Source of the DNA: Nitrososphaerota archaeon
GTDB taxonomy: Archaea; Thermoproteota; Nitrososphaeria_A; Caldarchaeales; Caldarchaeaceae
Reading direction: 5' to 3'
Assembly: GCA_041641305.1 (NCBI GenBank)
Contig: JBEPYN010000002.1
Location: 1-64,000, forward strand
DNA: 64,000 bases
Part shown: in pieces, positions 39,902-48,618 of the stretch
Layout of the letters: each line of letters begins with the position of its first letter
Numbering within the stretch: the stretch's first letter is position 1
Position numbers and translations under genes: made by a program
The notes under the pieces: generated by a model
What the model was told of the DNA's origin: nothing
The model's input: only the letters and a program-made list of their open reading frames with translations
The model's database searches: none

Positions 39902-40294
39902 ATGGCTGAGAGAGTTAGGCGGCTTATCGACGCTGTGTATGAGCTGGTTCAGAGGCCTGGGTTTCAGGAGCTGTTGTCATGGCTTGCCGTGGTTGTTTCG
40001 AGTATTGTTTTGGCGGGTGTTGTTTACAATGTTGCTTCGCGGGTTGTGATTGGTGTGGCGTTTATCGGCGACTCTGTCAGGGTGTTTTACCCCGATACAC
40101 GGGTTCAGACGGTTGCGGAGATGATGGTTGTCGCAACCTTCTACATCCTCGGCTTCGTCGGCCTCCTTCTGTATGGTGTGGCTTTCAGCAAACGGTTCAG
40201 CCCCAGAGCCTCCCGCTACATGCTGCTCTTCAGCACCCTGCTCATCACGCTCGCCGCCCTCGGGCTAATCGGCGGATACCTCTCAAAAACGTAG
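39902..40294 (+). CDS. OSTC/DC2-like (OST3/OST6 family) oligosaccharyltransferase accessory subunit
   Basis: Three TMs; AGVVYNV, F....QTVAE, YILGFVGL, RYMLLF and terminal K are collinear with eukaryotic DC2 as recalled. Confidence 0.7.
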   Translation: MAERVRRLIDAVYELVQRPGFQELLSWLAVVVSSIVLAGVVYNVASRVVIGVAFIGDSVRVFYPDTRVQTVAEMMVVATFYILGFVGLLLYGVAFSKRFSPRASRYMLLFSTLLITLAALGLIGGYLSKT

Positions 40295-40927
40295 AAACTC
40301 CACACCCTTCTCCACTATCTTAAAATAGATTTTCTGGGCAACGGGCTTCTCCTGCATCACCACCGAAGCGTCGCGTCCTCTCTGAACCTTGGCAACCACG
40401 TCAGACCAATAGGTGACTATGCGGGCTGCGACAGGCTCCTGCGCATCGATCGCTGGAATAGAGTGGACAAGACCCACCAAGACGACGGAGATTTTCCTAA
40501 CGATTGCGAGGTTTTTCAGTAAAGCGGCTTGTAGCGAGAGGGCCCTGTATATAGGTAGGTCTGTGGATGGTTTTCCGCTGAGCTCGAGCTTGTGTAGGTA
40601 GGTGAAGTCGTCGCAGACTATTAGCGACGCGTCCGAGGGCGGGAAATCGTGGACGTTGAGCAGCGTCTCGAGCTGTTCATGGAATGTTCGGGGCTGGCTG
40701 ATGTAGAGCTGGTCAAGCCTCTCAACTGGGAAAATCTGTCTAAGACGAGCAGGGTGCAGCCGTGCTCCACAATCTATCCAAACAACTTTTCCACCTCTCT
40801 CAGCTATCTTCGCCGCGGCTGAGAGAAGCAACGCTGTCTTACCCGACTTCTCCTCACCATACAGCAGATAAGACGATGTGGACTTGAAGTCTGCTGTGAA
40901 AAAATCTCTGATGCCTGCCGTCTTCAC
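40283..40927 (-). CDS. RadB-like RecA-family ATPase
   Basis: GEEKSGKT, VVWID, LIVCDD, IVTYWSD. Confidence 0.8.
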   Translation of the reverse strand: MKTAGIRDFFTADFKSTSSYLLYGEEKSGKTALLLSAAAKIAERGGKVVWIDCGARLHPARLRQIFPVERLDQLYISQPRTFHEQLETLLNVHDFPPSDASLIVCDDFTYLHKLELSGKPSTDLPIYRALSLQAALLKNLAIVRKISVVLVGLVHSIPAIDAQEPVAARIVTYWSDVVAKVQRGRDASVVMQEKPVAQKIYFKIVEKGVEFLRF

Positions 40928-41007
40928 TGTCTCGGAAAATGGTGAGACGGGTTATAGGCTTAACTTTTTATGATGCTGGATTGTGTGGACGGCGGCTCAG
41001 GGGGCTG

Positions 41008-41319
41008 ATGATGCGGCGGATTATCCGATTCAAGCCCGAGTATCTTGACCTTATTCTCAAGGGCTTGAAGACGTCAACCATCAGGCCCGGCGACGGCGGC
41101 GACTACGCCAAGGAGCTGATTCTGACAGATGGAAAACGCAGAATAGCAGCGGAGCTGCTCGCCGTAGAGGTCATGACCCTCCGCGAAGCCGTAAACACAC
41201 GCTATCAACTTGAGGGATACAGCTCACCCGAAGAACTCTACCAAAGCATCAAAAAAATCTACAACAACATCGGACCCGACGACCCCGTAACCATCATCCA
41301 CTTCAACCCAAAAACATAA
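41008..41319 (+). CDS. ASCH-domain protein
   Basis: FKPEYLDLILKGLKTSTIR, EGYSSPEEL, VTIIHF. Confidence 0.88.
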   Translation: MMRRIIRFKPEYLDLILKGLKTSTIRPGDGGDYAKELILTDGKRRIAAELLAVEVMTLREAVNTRYQLEGYSSPEELYQSIKKIYNNIGPDDPVTIIHFNPKT

Positions 41320-41348
41320 AAAACTTGCCAAACATCTAAACAAAACAG

Positions 41349-41423
<75 letters not shown>

Positions 41424-41544
41424 TAACCACGAAGCAAACAAGGGAGAATCCAGACTCGATTTTCAGACTGCAACATTAGCCCAAAGACCACATCCACTAC
41501 GGCTGCCTTTTTTCTTTGCTTGTGCACATGGATTAAAACAGTTA

Positions 41545-41659
41545 TGCGGGGGGTGGGATTTGAACCCACGAACCCCTGCGGGAGCAGGTCTTGAGCCTGC
41601 CGCCGTTGGTTTTGTCCAGCTTTTGCTGGACGGATTTGACCAGGCTTGGCTACCCCCGC
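41545..41659 (-). tRNA. tRNA-Leu(CAA) with an approximately 30-nt intron in the D-loop (about 41606-41635)
   Basis: GCGGGGG acceptor, GCAGG-CTCAAGA-CCTGC anticodon arm, long variable arm, GTGGG-TTCAAAT-CCCAC; intron hairpin GTCCAGC-AAAA-GCTGGAC. Confidence 0.93.
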
Positions 41660-41707
41660 CCTGTTTGGTTTGCGGTGTTGCTTGATTTAGGCTTTTTCAC
41701 ATGGTTG

Positions 41708-42625
41708 TTAGAGGAAGTATTCGAAGTCTTGTTCGCGTCTGCGTTTGAGGTGGGGGCGGAATATTTTCGCGGGTGAGATGTGGGGGTTCAGGTCTATGTG
41801 TATATGTGTGCCTTGCCAGATGCATAGTTCGCCGCCCAGCAGGTCGTGGGCCATGTAGGGCTCGTTCTCGTTTAAGCCGAGATCCCAAATCGGGACGCGT
41901 AGCACGACTGACTGCGGGTTCACGGGGTCGAGGCTTACAACCATGAGAACCACGTTGGCCAAGTCGCTGGTTGTCTTCAGATATGCGAGAATGTTGTTGC
42001 CGACTTCGCAGAACCTTAGGTTAAACGTGTCCTGGAGAGCCGGGTTCTCTCTCCTAATCCTGTTAACCCTCGCAATAACGTCTTTTAGTCCCCACCCGAC
42101 CTCTAGGTTCCAGTGCTTTATCTCGTATTTTTCCGAGTTGAGGTATTCCTCTTTTCCGGGTATGGCTTTTGTGATGCATAGCTCGTAGGGCGGCCCGTAT
42201 ATGCCGTAGTTGGAGGAGAGTGTCGCGGCGAGAAGCAGTCTCATGATGAAGGCTGGGCGTCCTCCTACTTGGAGATATTCTGGGAGGATGTCTGGAGTGT
42301 TTGGCCAAAAGTTTGGCCTGAAAAACTCCCTAACCTCGGTCTCAGTCAGCTCGGTCAAGTATTGGATGAGCTCCCATTTCATGTTCCGCCATGTGAAGTA
42401 GGTGTAGGATTAAGCCCAGTTTTGCGAGATGATACATGACCTTCGGCCTCGTAAAAGCCTCCGAGAGAAAGATGACGTCTGGATACTTTGACTTCACGCG
42501 TCAGATCAACCATTCCCAGAACAACACTATCCGCTCCAGCTCCTCTCAGAGAGCTTCCCCTTCCTCGGACTCGAAGTCTAAAGGCATGACATCCTCACAT
42601 TTTTTCGGCGTGTTCTCGGCGTATC
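41708..42625 (-). pseudogene. glgE: GlgE (alpha-1,4-glucan:maltose-1-phosphate maltosyltransferase) remnant
   Basis: [47 protein letters not shown]; internal TGA, frameshift and deleted catalytic motif. Confidence 0.88.
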
Positions 42626-43209
42626 TCCGTCTGGGAGCTTGCAGAGATAGCTTCGCCGTGTGTCTATTTTTCCCCAATATATCCACCCATTTGTCCTCTC
42701 CTATTTTTCTCACCTTAGCGTCTTGATATGGCTAAAGTATTGTGAATGTTATTCCCTCGGATGCTAGGATGCTGAGTGCCTCGTTGTCTACGGCTGTTTC
42801 GGGGAGCTGCATCCCCTCAGGCTCTCTTCTAAACCTGTCTTCAAAATCGCGTGTACCCCAGCTCACCTGCGTTATTTTATCTCTCTTTGAGGCGGGAGGC
42901 ATTATCATGTAGTTGTAGACCTGCGCCGTCGCGGAGCCGTGGCCCGAGAACCTTTCCATGCTTTTCTTGTCAGCCCAAAGTTGAAGCTTATCCATGAATA
43001 GTTGTTGACCGTGTCTATTATCTTGCCGTCGGGCTCCACTATTCTGGAGTAGGCGTTCGGGCCATAGCATTCAGCGGTTATCCGCTCGTTCCAGTCATGG
43101 TAGGGATAAGCCGGCTCCTGGTGCTCCACATCCTCTAGCCACGGGTTTTCACGAGGAGGTTGTAGAAATGGCCATGTATAGAGATGAATTTTGAACGGTT
43201 TTTACCCAT
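42626..43209 (-). pseudogene. GH57/DUF3536 glycoside hydrolase N-terminal remnant
   Basis: IHGHFY, ENPW, PYHDWNERITAECY, SFNFG, AQVYN, LPETAVD, FTIL*; frameshifts and a stop. Confidence 0.88.
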
Positions 43210-43297
43210 TCTGAGCTGCCGATATCATAAGCCTACTGCGGCATTTAGGTTTGCGACATCTGAGCGCTTAGAAGTCATCTCCTACAAATCTAGCTGT

Positions 43298-43969
43298 CTA
43301 AACAGCTATCTTCTTGTAGAGGTTCAGGTTCTCCACAACTTCCTCGACTTTGTCCCTGAGCTTGTTCTCGAAAGGCCCTCTGAATACACCGTATTCTACG
43401 AGGTATATTTCATCGCCGACGACCGCGGCTTCTACAGGGTTGTGTGTGACGTAAACCATCGGGATGTTGAGTGACCTGACGAGGTTCCAAAAGTTGACGC
43501 TGTTGGGAAAGTCCAAGGATGTTGTGGGCTCGTCAAACAACATCACCTCAGCTCCCCGCAGTAATAGAATGGCTAGGGCCAAGAGCTGTGCCTCGCCGGC
43601 GGAAAGCTTCTCTTTACGCAAAATCGGCTCCAAACGCAGCTTCTCTATCACTGGCTGCGGATCAGTGTTGAATATTTTGGCGAAGTACTTGATTGTGTCT
43701 TTGGGTTTGTGGGGGAGTTTGACTGGTTGTTGAGGCATGTATCCGACTCTTCTCTCTGCGGGCGGGAGGTTGGTGATGTCGCGGCCGTTCAGCGTTATGA
43801 CTCCTTTTCGAGGCTTTATGAATCCTGCTATGGTTCTTAGCAGGGTTGTTTTTCCCGTACCGTTACGTCCAAGTATGATCGTTATTCTTGTTGAAACAAG
43901 TTTCTCGACCTTTAGACGGAAGCCTTTTCGCTCAACTTCAAGCTCCTCGACCACAAGCAAGTTAGCCAC
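43298..43969 (-). CDS. wtpC: Tungstate/molybdate ABC ATPase
   Basis: GRNGTGKT, LSAGE, FDEPT, YVTH. Confidence 0.85.
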   Translation of the reverse strand: MANLLVVEELEVERKGFRLKVEKLVSTRITIILGRNGTGKTTLLRTIAGFIKPRKGVITLNGRDITNLPPAERRVGYMPQQPVKLPHKPKDTIKYFAKIFNTDPQPVIEKLRLEPILRKEKLSAGEAQLLALAILLLRGAEVMLFDEPTTSLDFPNSVNFWNLVRSLNIPMVYVTHNPVEAAVVGDEIYLVEYGVFRGPFENKLRDKVEEVVENLNLYKKIAV

Positions 43970-44657
43970 TTCTCCATGAGATGAGGTATAGTAGGCTGCT
44001 GAAGGCTATGCCTAAAGCTGCGACGATTAACGCGTATGGAACAGCTACTTCGGCCCCTCCTGTCTGGAAAAGCTCGAACATGTAAACCCCCACCGTCGAA
44101 GGCCTATAAGCCACAATCAGAAGCGCGCCAAGCTCCGAGAATGCTCTCAACCACATGAGCAGGAAAGAGACAGCCCAACCCAGCCCTATCACTCGCATAT
44201 GTATCCAGATGTTGCGCAGCTCTCCCACTCCCAGCACCGATAGAAACTCGTCAAGAGACTTGATGGTGCCGGATAGCCCTGAAGCCACCGAGCCAACACC
44301 CAGCGGCAGCGAAACAATCATCATCGTAACGACGACCGCGGGCCATGTGTCCACGATGTTCAGCGCCAAAAAAAGCGGCAGCACCATAAGCCCTATAGCT
44401 GTATGAGGTATAGCTGTCGCAAACATCAGAAAAGGCAAGATTACAGCGAGGCCTCTTGCAGCGACATAGAACCCGAGCATGACGGCAAGCGGAAAAGCAA
44501 GTAGAGACGCTATTGAAGCAGCTAACACAGTGTTTATGATGGAGGTGTACAGGTCTGGAGGCAGGGTTAGACGTCGGTAGAGAAGAGGCGGTAGAAAGAG
44601 AACAGCGACATATATCGCGGCGGCCACCACCGCAGATATTTTGAGAAGATTTTTCAT
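43962..44657 (-). CDS. wtpB: Tungstate/molybdate ABC permease
   Basis: IPHTAIG, WLRAFSELGALLIVAYRP. Confidence 0.85.
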   Translation of the reverse strand: MKNLLKISAVVAAAIYVAVLFLPPLLYRRLTLPPDLYTSIINTVLAASIASLLAFPLAVMLGFYVAARGLAVILPFLMFATAIPHTAIGLMVLPLFLALNIVDTWPAVVVTMMIVSLPLGVGSVASGLSGTIKSLDEFLSVLGVGELRNIWIHMRVIGLGWAVSFLLMWLRAFSELGALLIVAYRPSTVGVYMFELFQTGGAEVAVPYALIVAALGIAFSSLLYLISWRSG

Positions 44658-44663
44658 AGCCTC

Positions 44664-45539
44664 TCAACCAGCGGCGCTTATTCCTGCACTGGACAAGTCA
44701 ATCTGCTTCAGCAGCTCAAGCAGTTTATCTCCTTTTTCGCTGAAGCTTAGAGCCGTGGCTTCGAATCGTTTGACAGCGATTTCTCCGCTCTTGAGCTTGG
44801 CCACTATTTTGATTGGCGGGTCTTTCTCAAAATTCAAGGATGGAGGCATCTCTATGATGCTGTATGTTTGTGTATAGTTTCGGACGATGATGAATGGTGA
44901 GTGTGCGAAGATGCATTCCACGCCACCAGTCTCGAGAAGTGTTCCCGCGCCGTCGAGGTTTGGCCTCAGGTAGAACCGTCCCGACGCCGATATTTCAGAA
45001 AGCACCATGACCAGGGTGTCGCCGGATTTTTGAAAACGTATGTTCAGGCTTTGCTGCAGCTCGTCTATAAGCTCTGGAAACCGGTCGCCTGCGATGAGGT
45101 ACATTGCGGCCAAGGCTCTGTAGCCGATGGGTGCTTGATTGGGGTCTGCCAGCCCCAGCTTCACAGTCCTTAACGCATCGAGGCTTTCAATCCCTTTTTG
45201 ACAAACGAGAACGAGTCTAAAGTATCCCAATGTGTATTCTTTCCGGTAGTTGAGACCATGCTTCAGCTCGCTGTCGACTGTGAGGAAGAGGTCGGGGATT
45301 CTCCCTGACTTGATAAGGTTGGCTGCTGCAACGCTGCCGTAAACCTGTATGTCCAACGGTTCCGATGCAAGAATGGATAGCTGGTTTGAAACTTTCCTCA
45401 GAGTTGGCGCTGAATAAACAACCGCAGCCCGCCTGTCTGAGCTGGACACATACACGGTCACCGGCAGTAAAGCAATTAGTACCGTCGCGATAGCTAATAT
45501 GAATTTTTTGCTTATCATGTAGTCTGGAATTGATCTCAT
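44664..45539 (-). CDS. wtpA: Tungstate/molybdate-binding protein
   Basis: GSVAAA, PDLF, ADPNQAPIGYRA. Confidence 0.8.
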   Translation of the reverse strand: MRSIPDYMISKKFILAIATVLIALLPVTVYVSSSDRRAAVVYSAPTLRKVSNQLSILASEPLDIQVYGSVAAANLIKSGRIPDLFLTVDSELKHGLNYRKEYTLGYFRLVLVCQKGIESLDALRTVKLGLADPNQAPIGYRALAAMYLIAGDRFPELIDELQQSLNIRFQKSGDTLVMVLSEISASGRFYLRPNLDGAGTLLETGGVECIFAHSPFIIVRNYTQTYSIIEMPPSLNFEKDPPIKIVAKLKSGEIAVKRFEATALSFSEKGDKLLELLKQIDLSSAGISAAG

Positions 45540-45584
45540 GTTTTTATATTTTGATGTGTTATTTCATATCGGTGCATATCGACT

Positions 45585-46100
45585 TTGGTAACCATAACCC
45601 TTGAGGGGAAAACCATGGACCTTGAGCAGGAAAGGTTCGAGCTTCTCGAGAGCATAAACAGAACATCCAGCATATCTTCTGCCTGTCTCCAGCTGGGCAT
45701 CAGCTACAGAACCGCCGTTAACTGGTTGAAGGATATTGAGAGAAAGGCGGGAGGCAAACCCGTCGAATCCATCCGAGGAGGAAAACACAAAGGCATGACA
45801 CGTCTCACGGAGATCGGGCACAAGCTTCTCGAAGCATACTACTCCACCCAATCAATCCACAGACCAGGATTCGTCAAATCATTCATAGAACTCAGGCTCA
45901 GTGCAAGAAACATACTCACGGGACGTGTGAAGCATGTGACCGAAGGAGACGTGATAAGCATGGTGAGCGTCGACTTGGATGACCATCAAGAGGTGAAGTC
46001 CGTTATAACCACCGACAGCCTAAAACGTCTTAAAATCGCTCCCGGCGACCCGGTCCTCATCATCCTGAAAGCCACAGAAACCCTCCTGATGAAGAGATGA
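45585..46100 (+). CDS. modE: ModE-family regulator (wHTH + TOBE)
   Basis: SISSACLQLGISYRTA, RGG..G..RLT, LSARNILTG, ILKAT. Confidence 0.9.
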   Translation: MVTITLEGKTMDLEQERFELLESINRTSSISSACLQLGISYRTAVNWLKDIERKAGGKPVESIRGGKHKGMTRLTEIGHKLLEAYYSTQSIHRPGFVKSFIELRLSARNILTGRVKHVTEGDVISMVSVDLDDHQEVKSVITTDSLKRLKIAPGDPVLIILKATETLLMKR

Positions 46101-46130
46101 AAAACAGCAGAGCGGCTCTGCAGCTGTTTT
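46101..46130 (+). terminator. Hairpin after modE
   Basis: AAAACAGC-AGAG-CGG-CTCT-GCA-GCTGTTTT. Confidence 0.4.
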
Positions 46131-46250
46131 CCCCGTAAAAACCTACACAGCTGCTGCTTCGTTGAACATTATTCGTGCCCACCTTTTCTTCCAATTCATG
46201 AGTGTCTCCCAGCTAGTGCCTCTACATTCTTTTTTCATAATTAGTGAATG

Positions 46251-46269
46251 CTTATATTATGCATATAAG
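46251..46269. promoter_or_regulatory. Inverted repeat CTTATAT-N5-ATATAAG upstream of tusA (ModE-box-like)
   Basis: Perfect 7-bp arms overlapping the TATA region. Confidence 0.5.
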
Positions 46270-46289
46270 TGTTTTAGACGGTGGTTTGG

Positions 46290-46538
46290 ATGGAGCTGGC
46301 TAAACCCGTGTTGACCGTTGACGTGAAGGGCGCGATGTGCCCGTGGCCTGTGCTCAAGACCCGTGAGGCAATTCAGCGGATAAACGTGGGCGAGGTTATC
46401 GAGGTCCTCGCAACAGACCCTGCGTCGAAGCCCGACCTCGAGGCATGGGCACGCAAAACAGGAAACCGCATCCTATCAGTTGAGGAAAACGGCTCAGACC
46501 CCGTCGTCTACAGATTTTTGATTGAGAAGGTGAAGTAG
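46290..46538 (+). CDS. tusA: TusA/SirA sulfur carrier
   Basis: DVKGAMCPWP, VLATDP, AWARKTG. Confidence 0.92.
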   Translation: MELAKPVLTVDVKGAMCPWPVLKTREAIQRINVGEVIEVLATDPASKPDLEAWARKTGNRILSVEENGSDPVVYRFLIEKVK

Positions 46539-46961
46539 ATGAGTGAGGAGAAGACACGGCTGGTTATTGTGGCGAGCCGTGGAACAGCCGACGGCCTATA
46601 TCCCGCGCTGATTCTCGCGACAACCGCTGTTGCTCAGGGGAGAGAGGCCGCAGTCTACTTCACGTTCGGCGGCATGAAGCTCTTAACCAAGCAAATGGCT
46701 GAAACCATCAAGCCATCGATAGACCTCGGCGTCAGCAAAGAGCAGCTTGAGCAGCTTCTCGCAAAAGGCGGGATGCCGAGCCTACTCGACATGCTGAAAA
46801 TGGCCAAGCAAAGCGGTGTAAAGGTTTATGCATGCTCGCCAACCATGAACCTCTTCGGACTGAAGAAAGAGGACTTGGTTGATGTAGTCGACGACATCAT
46901 AGGCGCGTCAACCTTCCTCGAAATAGCGTCGGACCCGAAGACACTTGCTCTCTTCATCTAG
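46539..46961 (+). CDS. DsrE/DrsE-family sulfur relay protein
   Basis: YFTFGG, VKVYACSPTM, IIGASTFL. Confidence 0.88.
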   Translation: MSEEKTRLVIVASRGTADGLYPALILATTAVAQGREAAVYFTFGGMKLLTKQMAETIKPSIDLGVSKEQLEQLLAKGGMPSLLDMLKMAKQSGVKVYACSPTMNLFGLKKEDLVDVVDDIIGASTFLEIASDPKTLALFI

Positions 46962-47396
46962 CTACTCCAACACCGTGAACTCGGCCACGAGCACACGTTT
47001 CTCTCCGCCGACATCCACTTCTTTCACAAGCCTGTAGTCGCCGGGCTCGATGTCCACGGGCAGCTCAACCTGTTTGCTTAACGATTTCCCAGACTCCAGA
47101 TTATAGTAGATCGCTATCCATACGCGGTCTTTCATCCACTCGACCGACACCCATTCACCGTCTTGTTTTTTCTGGATATCATAGGGTTCGCCGAAGCCGA
47201 TGGTCTCCGGTGTGTTGTTGACGACGGTGTATGTTAGGGTTCGCTGGCCCTTGTAGAGCTCCGTTTTATCCAAGATGAGAAGAACTTCTTTAACCGGGGG
47301 CGCGGGGCCAAAGGGCTGTGGTGCCATGCTCAACGCCAGTATCACCAGAGCCGCCGACGCAAAAGCTGCGGCCGACAGAATCAACGCCGTCTTCAT
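46962..47396 (-). CDS. Membrane-anchored Ig-like domain protein
   Basis: N-terminal TM; FGEPYDIQK..GEW, PGDYRLVK. Confidence 0.75.
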   Translation of the reverse strand: MKTALILSAAAFASAALVILALSMAPQPFGPAPPVKEVLLILDKTELYKGQRTLTYTVVNNTPETIGFGEPYDIQKKQDGEWVSVEWMKDRVWIAIYYNLESGKSLSKQVELPVDIEPGDYRLVKEVDVGGEKRVLVAEFTVLE

Positions 47397-47471
47397 GGCT
47401 CTTATCTGTTTCTAGATGCTTTATTTCTATTGTTTAGAACAGTGTTTCGGAGGTTTTTTCTGACCTGTTCT

Positions 47472-48455
47472 TCATGGGCTTCTGCTCTGCTGATGAGGGC
47501 GCGGTGATTTTTTCAAAGCGTTTGCCGCTTTTTTGAAGCATCCTGCTCGTGGGCTGAATATGGATGTGAATATGATGTTTGCGATGGCTATGAGTAGGAG
47601 GGTTTGGCCTGCGAGGCTTGTGGAGCTGTTGAAGAGGATGATGGTTGGGACTGTGAGTGGGAAGAGCATGGACGCTATGGGGCCTGCGGCGAACATGGCT
47701 GCGTAGCCGCGTGGCGATGCATTGGTGTTTGCGCGGTCTATTTTGATGCCGAGGGCGATGGGAAGTGTTTTGAATTGTTTTGGCAATATGTTGAGGCGGA
47801 CGATGTTGCTGAGGCCGATGTAGTAGTTGCTGAACCTTATGCCTGCGAGTCTTCCGACGATGTAGTGGGCGAGGTCGTGTGTGAAGAACCAGAGGAGGAT
47901 GAATGAGATGAGACCCGTGATCAGCCTGCCCCCGGGTATCTGGAGGGGCTGGAGCCAGAGCAGTATATAGGCCGCCGCTATCCCCAACAGTGATATCAGG
48001 TTTCCTGCTGCGAGGCTGATTTTGAAGGGGTCTTTGTAGATGGGCTGTGGAGCCGCTCCGAGGCTGTGTTTGATGGCTTCATGTCGGTAGGTGAGGATTT
48101 TTTTGAAGAAGCGGCCTGCGAAGGGGTTGCTTGACTCGAGAACCATGTCCTCGACTATTTTTGTGCCACCGTCAGCCGGTGTGGTGATGATGGTGTGGTA
48201 GAGTTTTCCGAAGGGGAAGTCGAGTGTCTCGTGGTATTGCTCGGTGGCGGAGCGTTCGGTGATGCGGAAGCGTGTCTGGTAGCGTTGGCCGAGAAGACGG
48301 AAGGAGACGGTGTATACATCTTTCTCCCGTGAGACAAGCTTCATCCCAAGCTCCATGGGCCAAACCTTCCTCATGTTCTCGACGTTGCGGAAAAACTCGT
48401 AAACCTCCTCAACCGGCCGCGGCACAACATACTCGAAACGGAAAACCCACTTCAC
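47472..48455 (-). CDS. SRPBCC domain fused to an M50-peptidase-like membrane domain
   Basis: PVEEVYEFF..NM..VWP; THDLAH, AAGP. Confidence 0.65.
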   Translation of the reverse strand: MKWVFRFEYVVPRPVEEVYEFFRNVENMRKVWPMELGMKLVSREKDVYTVSFRLLGQRYQTRFRITERSATEQYHETLDFPFGKLYHTIITTPADGGTKIVEDMVLESSNPFAGRFFKKILTYRHEAIKHSLGAAPQPIYKDPFKISLAAGNLISLLGIAAAYILLWLQPLQIPGGRLITGLISFILLWFFTHDLAHYIVGRLAGIRFSNYYIGLSNIVRLNILPKQFKTLPIALGIKIDRANTNASPRGYAAMFAAGPIASMLFPLTVPTIILFNSSTSLAGQTLLLIAIANIIFTSIFSPRAGCFKKAANALKKSPRPHQQSRSP

Positions 48456-48618
48456 AGCCCGTCAAACACGGCCTCAGACTATAAACATACCTTCACAACA
48501 AACACATTATCGGATTCTCCATAAGCAGACTCCTAAACAAACTGCAGCAAATCCATCATGGCTCAACAAAACCAAGTAACCTAAAAAAGATATTAACGAT
48601 CCACGCGCTATCAGCCAT

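Noticed and set aside
39880-39930. C/D box sRNA starting at TGATGA
   Set aside because: No properly spaced terminal CTGA box; overlaps the RBS and start of the DC2-like gene
48456-48618. CRISPR array or leader next to csx1
   Set aside because: No repeat-spacer periodicity seen here or elsewhere in the window
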